This document shows positions 26,123 through 38,278 of a stretch of DNA of 64,000 bases, piece after piece. The number at the start of each line of letters is the position of its first letter. Position 1 is the stretch's first letter. The stretch covers positions 113,460,001 to 113,524,000 of the forward strand of contig OX597818.1 in the NCBI GenBank assembly GCA_951406725.2, written 5' to 3'. This DNA comes from Octopus vulgaris (Eukaryota). The notes under the pieces are model-generated. The model worked only from the letters and a program-made list of their open reading frames with translations, searched no databases and was not told the DNA's origin. The position numbers and the translations under genes are program-made.

Positions 26123-26724
26123 TTTCCTTTTTCTTGTACACCAATAAAACTTGTTAATTCACAGTAAAATATTCATCACTTGAATCAATCAATGAAAATT
26201 AGAAAGTAGGAGATGTTTTACTGTACATACACTGACAACATCTCAGACGACGAAATTGAGACGCTTCTATATTGACTGTCGATATCTTCAAGATGTTCAT
26301 TATGAAACTTCCAAGAATATTCTCTCCTAATTGGTAAAACTTCTCTTCAAAGGAAAAATTTAACTTGCATCCTAGTCTTAAGTTATTTCTGAAGTCTAGC
26401 TTCTCGCTTTCTGTAATCTTTATGCAACTATTTAACTTTTATGTCGACGCTGTGTCAACGACTAAACCAAATAATTGGAGTTAAATGCCAGTCTGTACAA
26501 AATAAAGCAATGAATATATATGAAATAGTTTCACGCTATTTCATTAGTTATGCTATTATATTTCATGTTTTGTTTGCTGTAGAAGGATTTATTGAATAAT
26601 AAATGTTCACTTAAGGGACAAAATTGAATTTTTTTCATTTTCATAATGATGAAAATTACGTTAAAACTCGAGGGAACATTGAAATAATTCTTGATCATTA
26701 TATATCTGAAACGATTCGAAATTT

Positions 26725-26803
26725 TAAATTATCAGTAGGATAATTAAATTATCAGGAGGATAATTAAATTATCAGGAGGATAATTAAATTATCAGGAGGA
26801 TAT
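26725..26803. repeat. 20-bp minisatellite x4
   Basis: taaattatcaggaggataat repeated. Confidence 0.9.
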
Positions 26804-27151
26804 TTATCCCTGCTTAAACGTGGATGTTCTATTAGAACAAACAATGCAGTGATATTGGGGCAAAATGAGAGCAACTCTCATATTGACTCTTGGTGCAAAC
26901 TGCGGTCTTCTTTATATCGCTTCGATGGTCTCGCCGCTGAAGATGGCGGGGATTTATCGCCCCGCTTTTCACCAAAAGCCAACATAATAGTTTCTCTCAT
27001 GTTAACTATCGCAGTACAGTTTGTTCTAACAAAACAATGACGACAAATATTGCCTCTCAGTATTATAACTGCCTCTGTCGCTAATATATATTTTCTAAAT
27101 TTTCAGTTTTAGTCATTTTTATGCATTTCTTACATTATTTTTATATACATA

Positions 27152-27547
27152 CTAGCAGTATCGCCCGGCGTTGCTCGGGTTTGTAAGGGAAATAACTATA
27201 TAAGCATTTTTAGAGAGTTATAGCCAAAAAATAGCAAAAAAATGCATTAAAAATGGAAAAAAAATTATGGTAATTTTTTTTTAAATCGTTGACTCATCGT
27301 AGACATTTTTAGAGAGTTACTTCCCTTATATAATAGCGAAAAAATGCATTAAAATGGAAAAAAATGATGGTAATTTTTTTTTAAATCGTAGACTCATCGT
27401 AGACGCGCGCTAATACCCAGAAGAGCTCGATATGAATCACGACTATAAGATACCCGGTTTTGGTTAAACTGCACCGCAAAATGTGGGAGTAGTTAGGAAT
27501 CTAAATCGTAGGAGACAGACACACAACCTCACTTTTATATATAAAGA
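27152..27547 (-). mobile_element. Non-autonomous Helitron
   Basis: Minus strand begins TCtttatatataaaa and ends with hairpin cccgagcaacgccggg followed by CTAG. Inserted between A and T with no TSD; internal ~100-bp tandem duplication. Confidence 0.88.
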
Positions 27548-28774
27548 TATTTGTATTCTGAACACTTATATATTTTTTTCTTTTGAAGCTGTTGGAATAT
27601 TTATTTCATACATCATAAACTAATCAACCTTCAGTTCGAGGTGGAAAGAAATCTTACTCTATTTATCTAACAGCGATAGAATTTTTTGATATCAAATAAT
27701 TTTTTTCGAAGCTTCTTGGTGTAAAAATAAAAGCAGCTCGATATTAAGGAATATTTACAGATTATATGAGCATTGTTTTCAGATATAACACTTGAATGAT
27801 GCATTCAGAATATTAAAGAATTTTCTTTTTTTTTTTCTCTGTTAAAAGAAATTCAATAAAGAGATAACATATACAAAACACCGAATAGATAGTGAAGTTC
27901 GACTATACTTTTCTTTTGATTATATATTTCTAAATTACCGAATCTTTACGTAAATACTGTTCGTAGATGTAACGAAAATACTATGAAAGTATGGCGGTTA
28001 AACAACTACGATGAATTGAAAAAGTAAAAGCGCAATATTTTATTCATATTAGTGCAGCGTCCCAAGTATTCTTAAGAAAGACATTAGCGTCACTACCATG
28101 TAGTTCTTTTGAACTCCAAATTTTAATTTTTAAATCCTAATTTCGTTCCTTTTAAGCAAACAATTCTGTACAGTGAATCAGTTAATGCCGAAGAAGTGTA
28201 ATGTTTTAGTTATTTTCAAATTAAATCAATAATTTGTATACTTGAAGCTGCTAAAGATCTAATTAATTATCCTCCAGCTGCAATGGATTCAAATCTCACC
28301 AATGTCGGTTTCTTTCTATGTGTCGGGTATCGATAAAATCAGTAAACCGCATTTAGTGTTGTCCCTATGTTTTAAATTCAGATCCCAAGATGGATCCCCA
28401 TTTCCTTTTCCCCCTATTGATAATAGAAGTATCAGTAATAGACGGAAAGGGCCAAGTTGTTCGACTTTGCTTTTGCATCAATGTGATTTTGTTAATCACT
28501 TTGTTTGGAGGGGGAAGCAGCGTCCATGACTGAGAGGAGGAATCTAGCCCAAAAGCTTGTTACTCTGTAGACTCCGCTCAGAGACCAAGGTGTCAAATGG
28601 GTTGTATTAAACTGGTGGGCCATAACAGGATCTTAACTGAGAAGGCAAAGAGTCGGAAGAAATATAGTCAGGCATGTGGTCCGACGTTCTTACATTCTTT
28701 TTAACCGCGAAATGTTAAATGTCAAAGTGGTACTCAATGGGATTTGAATTCAGAGAACAGAAAACTGAGCTAAC

Positions 28775-29560
28775 ATTTGTTGGTAACACCATGTTTCGGC
28801 TGATATACCTTCCAGCCTTCATCAGGTTTCTTGGGAAAATTTCGAACCTGGGTTCTCATTCCCAAGGTATTTTTCGATGTTATTATTATTATTATTCAGA
28901 GTACTGGCTGGAATCGAACTCGGAATCTTGGGGTTAGTAGCCCGCGCTTTTAACCACTACGCCATATGCCCGTGGAGCGAATTTTAGGGCTTATAAATCT
29001 AATATTTTCCTATCCTTCCTTAATATCGGTTCCCATATCTGCACTCGGTTTGCTTAGGAGGATTTTCTGTCCTAGCATATGAGCTGCTTCTTTTAGTTTT
29101 CGTATTTTCCAGTGGTGTTCTCTCTCTATTATTTTAACTTCCCCCCACAGGAGGAGGTTGTCTCCATTTTTCCATACATGATCAGCTATACCCGATTTAT
29201 CAATATCTCCTTATTTTGAGGGAGCGGCATGTTTCGCCTTCGTATAACCTACCATAGCTGCATGGGATGGAGTACAGGCAGTTTTGGGTCATATTCTCTT
29301 CTATTAGTGGTTTTACTCGAAGGAGATATTTGCGAAGAGTTGTATTACTCTTGAATACTGTCCTGATGTCATATGGGCCGCATATCTTTTGTATCTCTTC
29401 GGAGAGGCCTTTCACATAGGGTAGACAGACTGTGGATAGTTTATCGGTTCCATCCTCTCTTTTCTTCATAATTGGAGTGGATAGTATGTTTTGGGGGTAG
29501 CTGTTGCTTAATAGATTATTACTGAGATTGTAAATAATTCCTCATCTCTTAAATATAGAA
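28775..29560 (-). mobile_element. 5'-truncated Penelope-like element: GIY-YIG end, tRNA-like promoter, HHR and inverted 3' tail
   Basis: ORF remnant, then the module shared with 9420-9787. About 29529-29560 is the element's 3' tail in the opposite orientation (reverse complement of about 9419-9460). Confidence 0.88.
28991..29520 (-). pseudogene. PLE RT-thumb/GIY-YIG endonuclease C-terminus, frameshifted
   Basis: LPYVKGLSE..KICGPYDIRTVFKSNTTLR..L.RVK; NCLYSIPCSYGRLYEGET (GIY-YIG); KSGIADHVW; WKIRKLKEAAHM; WEPIL...DL* with stop at about 28991. Confidence 0.88.
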
Positions 29561-30312
29561 CTGTATTAACATCCTGTAGCTCCTTATTTTATAAATAACA
29601 AAATATTCCTAATCTCATATAATATATATTTATCAAGAAATAAAATCAAAACATTTCCATCTTTCATTGGCTTTAAAATTAAACCACAAGAATCGTTTAG
29701 CAGATTTGTTTTGACTTCTGTAATTATTTGTACAATCTCCGTTATTTCGTATATTCCCCATGATGCAGTTTTGTGTGAAGAAACATTATAATTACGCTTA
29801 AAAATTTAGTAGATCATTTATATCAATTACATACGCAGCCTACCCAGCCACAGGCCCTCTGAATAACGATGCCTTGCCGTTAACTCTGATTAGGCGGTTT
29901 CTTGTGAAACAAAACAAGAAATTTTACAGAAAGAAAGAATAATAGGAATTTCTTATGAAAACAGATTTTGTTACGAAATGTTTTGTTTTCCTTTTTAATT
30001 TAATAAAATATCTGAAGACTTCGGAAATTGTGAAACAGTAGGATAATGGTATATATTGAGAAAACAAAGACAACATTAAAACAAACTGAAGCAAAATGTT
30101 TACTTTTATAGATGAAGGTAGGAAAATTATAAAGTTGCTTCGTCGGAGCGACACTAGGAGGTAATAGACATTGAATGCCATTGAGATTTGTTCGCTAATC
30201 AACACTTTAGATCTTTTGCCAGAACCTCGACAGATGCTATTTATGACTGACGTTAAATGCCGTAAGCGAGAATTTCTTTGTTGTAGCTGTTGCTTAATTC
30301 CAAGTCCGATAC

Positions 30313-30544
30313 AAGGCGTCGCGTTGTATCCTTGAGCAAGACACTTTATTTCACGTTGCTCCAGTCCAGTCATCTGACGAAAATGAATAGTACCAGTATT
30401 TCAAAGGACCACCGTTGTTATATTCTGCGTTAAGGGTACACGTGTCTGCGCAGTGCTCAGCCACATGCACGTTAATTTCACGAGCTGGATGTTCGGTTAA
30501 TCATATCAACTGGAACCCTCGTCGTCGTAACCGACGGAGTGCCA
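30313..30544 (+). mobile_element. Headless SINE family A copy
   Basis: CORE-like segment and tail '…accctcgtcgtcgtaaccgacggagtgcca'. Confidence 0.85.
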
Positions 30545-30989
30545 CTTTTTTCTTTATCACCTAACTCCAAGTCCGCTTCAATCAAGCACCTCTATAGCCA
30601 AATTTTCTAGTTTTTAGAATTCCGTCATTTTTAGGCATAATTTATCTAAGATTACACGAATAATGTCCATTACTTATCTCTATCACCTTTTATTCCCCCT
30701 AACGCATACCAATGCACACACACATATTGCTACCTAGTCACATATACACGACACGGTTATATACACACACTGTTGTACCAGCAGACATACTTACCCATGC
30801 TCTCTGATTCATACCCCAAATATGTTCCGGTTTATTATTCTACCCAGGGTAAATCACAGCACTCCTTTACTTAAACTCCAAGCGCCTACCTAATCAATGC
30901 CTTCATCTATTACTACTGCATAACAGGACAGATATTTTTCTTATTTTTATCATAACTATATCTTCTCTCTCTCGCGCGCGCTCGCGAGA

Positions 30990-31039
<50 letters not shown>

Positions 31040-31232
31040 ATGCCAAAGAGGTTAATCTTGAAACTTCAATGATTTTTGTTTTCCTTTCCGTCACAACAAA
31101 TACAATTAAATAACATTTTATGACATTTATTTTCATTCCTTTACATTGTACAAGACTTGCTTCACTTTGTAACACGGTTGGGTGTCATTTGAAAAAGAGT
31201 TCACTGTTATATTTCCCTGCAGCAGCAGTAGC

Positions 31233-31278
<46 letters not shown>

Positions 31279-32639
31279 TGGATGAGGGTGTTATATCCAC
31301 CCAGATCGTATGGGCCCGTGGTCAAAAACTTTCGGGTCATGATAATCGTCCACTTCTTTAAACCATGTACCAAAGACTTTATTATCCTAAACCCTTCTTA
31401 TGGCAAAAAGTTAGAATACAGTTTCATGGAAACTTGCTGGAATGTAGAGTAACAAGACAGACACATCCTCGCTCGTTCATTGAAGTCCATTATTTTCACA
31501 TCTTGTACTTTGGTAGAACTTTGGAATTTGGTTTGCGAGAACTCAAATCTTAAAATAGAGTATGTAAGATAGCACAGTATCAGTGCTCAAATTCGATATT
31601 TCTATGACCAAAGATTAAGAAATAAATGTCCACTACACAGGATATTGGACTATTGCAGATAGCTTCAGAGACGACTTACTGCGGAAATATAACGGCATGT
31701 TGTGGTATTCCTTATTTGAAAATAAAAGAACTGAACGGTTCAACCCGAAATTCTTTATATAAAGAACTACCAACAATGGGAATAGGTATTATATATTACC
31801 GAGCACCGATTTATTTTCCTGGGTCCTTATCACTTAACTATAAGTAACATCATAATAATACTTAGTAAGGTCACAAAATGTTTATAATTAACCGAAGCAG
31901 TTTTCTTAAAGTAATACTACAAGACACAAGTTTGGCATTTATATTTATTTGTTTGAATTCTTATTATTGTGACGAACTATAACTATAGGCGATGCAAGAA
32001 TGCCTGACTCAAAATATCGAATAGGATTTGTATGCTGTAGTTGATTACGTCAATTGATCCATTGATATAAAACCAAATAAGGCTGAGGATTTGTAATCTG
32101 TAAGAGAGAAAGTTATTTGTGAAATTGAAATGTGAATTTATGATGTTTTTATCTTTCTCCAAATCCCTGTTTTTAACGGAAAATCAGAGCTTAGTTGCAG
32201 ACAAACAGTTGATAAAGTTTTCATACCTTCAAGAATGTAAATGCAAACGCAACAGCAGGTAACATATTGTTTCTTATTTCTATTTACTGTCGGCAGTATT
32301 GATATTCTCAAGATTTAATTCAGTCGTGTTGCCTTGCTGAGTTTAAAGCCTACAGTGACCATAAACCACGCAGGAGATATGGCGACAGAAAAAGAAAGAG
32401 TTCATTAAATCTTGTTTAGATTTACGTAATTCCTAATATCAATCTCAAGGAGCTTGACTACAAAATAAGTATTAAACGTAAATTGTGAAAGTCACTACAG
32501 CGCATTTAAACCACGTTCAACGCCACCTGAATTGTAATGGATATCACACAAAAACAGACAGACTCTACTCTTGAAATGGATTCTTTTTTATGGATAACAG
32601 TGTTTGACGAGGCAACAAAATAATAATGGCACAAGGCCA

Positions 32640-32920
32640 GCAATAATGCCTGGCTCATAGGACCGGTTTCCTTGGCGTATAGGTTCCCCACCTGGACGGA
32701 ACGCCGGTCCGTCGCAGCTGAGCTGCAAATTGCAGGAGGAAAGAGTAAGAGGAAGTTGTGACGAAAGAGTCAGCAGAAGTTCACCATTACCTTCTACCGG
32801 AGCCGCGTGGAGCTTAGGTGTTTCGCTCATAAACACACACATCGCCCGGTCTGAGATTCGAACCCACGATCCCTCGACCGCGAGTCCGCTGCTCTAACCA
32901 CTAGGCCATGTGTCTCCACA
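32640..32920 (-). mobile_element. tRNA-headed SINE family D
   Basis: TGGCCTAGTGG and GGTTCGAATCT boxes; head related to 59190-59512; V-domain-like 'ctgcgacggaccggcgttccgtccagg' near the tail. Confidence 0.85.
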
Positions 32921-32929
32921 GTAATGGGA

Positions 32930-33105
32930 AAGAGTTAAGTCGATTCCATTGGCTGCAGTGATCAACTGGAATTTATTCTATTGACCTCGAAATGATGAAA
33001 GGTTAAGTCAACTGTGTGAGAGTTTGAGCTCAGAACATGCAGACGGACATAAAGCTTCTTAGCATTTGGCCCAGTGTGTCAAGTATTCTGATAGCTCGCC
33101 GTCTT
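32930..33105 (-). mobile_element. Old SINE family C monomer
   Basis: Degenerate match to the head and unit of 25960-26122. Confidence 0.7.
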
Positions 33106-36056
33106 CTCGAGGTAATAAATTAATAATATTATCGATACTGTGTATTTAAATGAGTCAAAGTTGGACAACGTCTCTACTTTTACATCTCCGTCAACACACA
33201 CATGACTTGCAAACATGCCCACAACAGCAGAGTTAAGCTAATCGCCTGCACATATGCTTTTCGACATAATGAACTTAACGAACGATAAGAACCGAGGCTC
33301 CATGTTATATAGAAAGTGCTATCTTTAATGTTTAATGACGCTCTTCGTTAAGTAATATCCTCCACATATTTCCAAAATTTATACACAACATACAGATAAT
33401 AACTTTATTACTGCCTTAATTTAGCTATTTATTTCTGTATCCAAGAAACAATAAGAGATTATATAATAAAGTGCCTATCTACAATTTCAGAGGAATTATT
33501 GTTAAAATAGGGAGGTTGTCTTCGTTTCGTGTCTCAGTCAGTTTATTTCATAATTAGCTGAAGATACTATAATTCTAAATTTTACTTGTAGCAAACAGTC
33601 ATGGTTAGGATGTAATATCATGGTTTCGATTACTCAGTCGGCTGCTACATTGTGTTCTTGAACAAGTCATTTCATTTCGCCTTGCTTTAGTCCACTCATC
33701 CGGCAAAAAAAAGTGATTCCTGGGTACCGTCAAGACGGGATGGATGTGTTCGCCACAGAAACCGACAACCGAACCTAGGAATTTACAGGACTTAAGAAGG
33801 AGCCTTATCCTTTTTATCCAAACAGTGGTGGAACTAATGCAATTTTAAAGACAGATCCAAAAGGGAAAAAGAAAGCCAAGTAAAATACACGTTAGGGGAG
33901 ATGTCCATGTTAGATAAGTTCATGACTTGGTCGGAAGACTATAGAACAATCTGGTGGTTTGTGCGTTGTCAAAGGCATTATTATCTCCCGAGCTAAGACA
34001 CTTCACTTTTAATTGTCGAGTTTATTTTGCTCTAATAATTAGGTGAACAGTTATTCATTGTCGACAGTAGTACTTCTGTAATTTAAAGAGAGAAGAGGGT
34101 CTTTTCTGTTGCTGAGCACAGTTTGTCTGGTGGTGAAACAAACGGTGGAACAGCGTCCTCATTGGGGAAGATACCTTTCTCTTTTGCGAAGCGTTTTAGA
34201 AACTGGTGTTTCATCGCAGTCCTATGGATCTTTATGAACTGGAAAAGCTTGGCCATTAACTAGATTTCGCGTTTGCTGTACAAAGAAGAATACTACTTCT
34301 ACTACAACTTCTGATCCTGCTGCTGCTGCTACTTCTACTACTACAAGTCTACGCACATAACTACTTAAATACTACAAGTGCAAAAATCACAATAAATATT
34401 TCAAGTCTATCCCACATCAAAGACCTGTCGATTAATAATCCATTAAACCTTTTACAAACTAGCAAATACTGTGGTGTGGTGTGCATAAATGAATAATAAA
34501 AGACTTCTGAAAGAATTAATAGTGATTTTTGTTTATTTTATATCGAACAAAACCTACTGAAATTAATAATAATATTGATTTCCTTCTGCTGAAGACAACG
34601 GAAATATTCTAATATAGATATACACAATGGCTTGAAACAACCAGAATATATTACGGCTAAAAAATTCTTGAGAGCATGAAAGGCAAATTTGCTTAGATAT
34701 GATTTGATCTCAGAACGAATAGCGATCATATTAAATATTGGTAATAGTCTAGCTCAGTTATTACTGTTTTTTAAAACTAATGACCGCTACCATAAGACAC
34801 GCTCTGCACACAAAGCTTACCGTAAGGTCTGTGTTAACCTGCTCATTATACTGTGGCAAGACATTCCGATTTCCCTATATTCCGGAATATAAATCGAAAT
34901 GGTGTATAGTGTTAACTTTCAAAACATCGTCACTGTCTTTCCAAGTTCTGCTGCATTTCACATGGAATTCTTGGTCTTCCAGATTCGTCATGGCCTATAA
35001 GTTGATGAACCCTTTATGGCTGTTAATTTTGGTCTAAAAAAATTTGTTTTGTATGCCGGAAGATACTCTAATTAAATTATGTCGTGACAAAATAAAAGCA
35101 TTAGATTAGTTATCAATTCTTGTTAATAAAGGTGATGGAAACAACTTATTACATAAAAGGTGAGCTTACTAATAATTCTGCTTGTCATTTTGTTACTTAG
35201 CCCGTCGGTAACGCTTTCACGTGATTAGAGAAAAAGAAGGAGAAAGAGGGAGAGAGAATAAGAGGGAGAAAGGAAAAGAGGGAGAGATAAAAGACGGAGA
35301 GAGAAGCATTCATGACATGTGATAGGGGGAATGTAATATTTATTACGGGGTTAAAAAAGTTAGTTGAAGGTAGTGATATAGAGGAGAGTAAGGAATATAA
35401 TTTTAGCAGAGGGGTGACGTTCTGATGGCGTGATTAAAGAAAGGCACATAGAGGTGGGAGATGATGGTGGTGATGGTGAGTGCATAGTGAAAAATATTTT
35501 TTTTACATTGAACTAAGTTTTTTTACATCACCTTTCACTTAACGCATGCGCATCCCAGCTTTTCCATTCACTTTAGAAAAAAAGCAGTTTTCCATTTGCC
35601 TGTTATATACAATGACTATGAATAAATCACACGGCTAGACATTTGATAAAGTGGGGCTGTTCTTGCCAGAACCCGTACTCGTTATGGTCAGCTCTATGTT
35701 GCATTCTCAAAGGCTCGCTGATTATCTGATGTGAGAGTTAAAGTTATCAACATTGACAAAAAAGGGAAAAGAAGCGGGAGAACTTACACGAACATAGTCT
35801 TCCAGAAAGTGTTGGATTGAAAGTTGTGCGCTTATTGAAATGTGTATTGGCTCTGACCCATCGCCTTGGCTTATAAGTTACCAACGATATGGCTTTCAGA
35901 TTATGCTATGTTGCATAAAATTTTTACCTCTGTGATATTGTGATCACCTATATTTTACATATAAAATAATTTTTTTATTATAAAATTTTCGTTTTCTAGA
36001 TCTGAAATTGTGACCATGTAAATTTTAATATATAATTGTTTCTCTTTATGGGGAAA

Positions 36057-36510
36057 ATGGAAAAATAAGAGCATCCGGCATGGATGCAGTCTAATGACTG
36101 AAACAAATAAACTATAAAAAGATATCTGAAAAAAGACGTGATGGTCACGGCTGAAATGTCATTTTATTACAGGCGTATTCGACGCGATTCGACTGCGTTT
36201 ATGCAATAACTAAACAATCTGGAAGTCACATGCTGATGATAGCGCCATCTACTTGTGAAAGCGACATTTGGATTAATGGAAAAATAAGAGTGAATATATA
36301 TTTTATGGTTGCTCCAGCATGGATGCAGTCTAATGACTGAAACAAGTAAACTATAAAAAGATATCTGAAAAAAGATGTGATGGTCACGGCTGAAATGTCA
36401 TTATATCACAGGCTTATTCGACGCGAATCGACTGCATTTATGCAATAGCTAAATCTGAAAGTCACGTGCAGATGATAGCGCCATCTACTTGTGAAAGCGA
36501 CATTTGGATA
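36057..36510. repeat. ~235-bp tandem duplication containing SINE B tail
   Basis: Two diverged units, both with 'catggatgcagtctaatgactgaaac...gtgaaagcgacatttggat'. Confidence 0.9.
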
Positions 36511-36907
36511 TTCCAGTTGACGATAGCGACCATGTTGCACTGATTTAATCGTAGGTTCCTATTTAATTAACTTTAATAAATCATGATGAAAGTATTCAAT
36601 TGGGTAAAGAGATTTCTGAAATAATTAAATAGGTCTGTAGGATTAAGAGATAATAGTCTGTGTGATAATAGACGTTGATAGTAAGACTTACTGACTGGCC
36701 AGTTGTTGAGGAGGGAAATACAGTTACTGATACGATTCAAAATAAACAAACCAATTCTGCAGCAACTCTAAGTACTACTTCCGTGTGACAGGCAGAGCAA
36801 GTAAATCTTTCTCAAATTACACCCTACCGGTAAGGGCTGAACACAATCGATGATGGAGTAGAAGATAAGGTCAGCTTTTGTCACAACTTGAACATCTTTG
36901 ATCAAGA

Positions 36908-37312
36908 TTGGTTGTGGTAAGAAACTTATTTAGAAACTACGCGGTTCCGATTTCAGTCCGACTGCGTGGCACCTTGGGCAAATGTCTTCTACTATAGTCT
37001 TGTATCGACAAAAGCCTTGTGAGTGGATTTCGTAGACGAGAACTGAAAGAAACCCGTTGTATTTATATATATATATATGTATGTATGTGTGCGTGTGCGT
37101 GTGTATGTGTATCTGTGTTTCTTCGCCACCACTGCTTCACAGCCGGTGTTGGTTTGGTAACATCCACATACCTTAGTGTTTGGATGAAAAAGACCGATAG
37201 AACAAGTACCCTGCTTTAAAAAGTACTGGGGTTGATTGGTTCGATAAAAACCTCTTCAAGGCTGTGCCCCAACATGGCCGCAGTTTAATGACTGAAACAA
37301 TTAAAATATAAG
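36908..37312 (+). mobile_element. SINE family B, near full length
   Basis: Head + 'accttgggcaaatgtcttctactata' + TA/TG repeat + tail. Confidence 0.85.
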
Positions 37313-38028
37313 AGATCAACGATAAATATATCTTCCCAGGGTCCAAGAGAGGACGTCTGAGAAGAAACGATTTGAGACAGATTATCTCTGTATTATTATT
37401 CAACAGTAAAGGTAAGAAATGCTGCAAGACCCCATTTAAAATCAGCGAGAAAATATAGCGACCAGCCATGGCGAGCTTGTTGCCTTGAACACTTTTACTA
37501 AAGAGATAGGAAAGGACATTTATACAAAGATGGTGTTATTTCTTTTCTTTTCTTTTTCTTTTTTTTTTCTTGAACCAGCGCGTTCATAGTCAAAACTGAA
37601 CAGCTAATCAATGCAACCATCTAATTCATGTTTTACGTATCAAGACTACAATTTATTGCGGTGATATTTCCGTGCTCTGTGATGTAGATTTAATTTCAAA
37701 TATATAAATCATAAAATGTTTTATCTCGAATACAACCAACAACTGAGGCGCTCATATATAACTTGAAATAGCAGCTGCCAGCAGAGAAGTTCAACACGCC
37801 TTTTATCTAATCTCCTTCAAATTTTTTCAGCAAAAATATAATTCTCTCGTAAATACTTAAAATGCTGTAACGCGTTTTACTGATAAAAATTTTATTACTA
37901 AATGAAGAAATGATATATCTTATAAGTTGATCAAACTATTTGCAAGTTTCGTTTTATACAAGTCATTTAATTTCGATTTATGACACAATGTCTCTCCTTT
38001 AGAGAAACATTAGATTCTATATTCACTT

Positions 38029-38109
<81 letters not shown>

Positions 38110-38204
38110 CTATCTATATATATATATATATATATTATGTATATGTGTGTGAGTATATATTTATATATGTATATATTTATGTGTGTATATATATAAATGA
38201 ATAT

Positions 38205-38241
<37 letters not shown>

Positions 38242-38278
38242 CATATATATGTAGGTGTATATGTAGGTGTATGTGTAA
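38029..38278. repeat. (TA)n-rich microsatellite
   Basis: Seen directly; a similar TA/TG block lies at 39930-40180. Confidence 0.9.

Noticed and set aside
34560-35040. Possible Tc1-like remnant (LWQDIP)
   Set aside because: A single weak motif and no paired TIRs identified.
36225-36270. CTGATGA…GAAA in a ~235-bp tandem repeat (retrozyme-like spacing)
   Set aside because: Stem II does not close next to GAAA, there is no stem I/III or NUH site, and the second unit reads CAGATGA.
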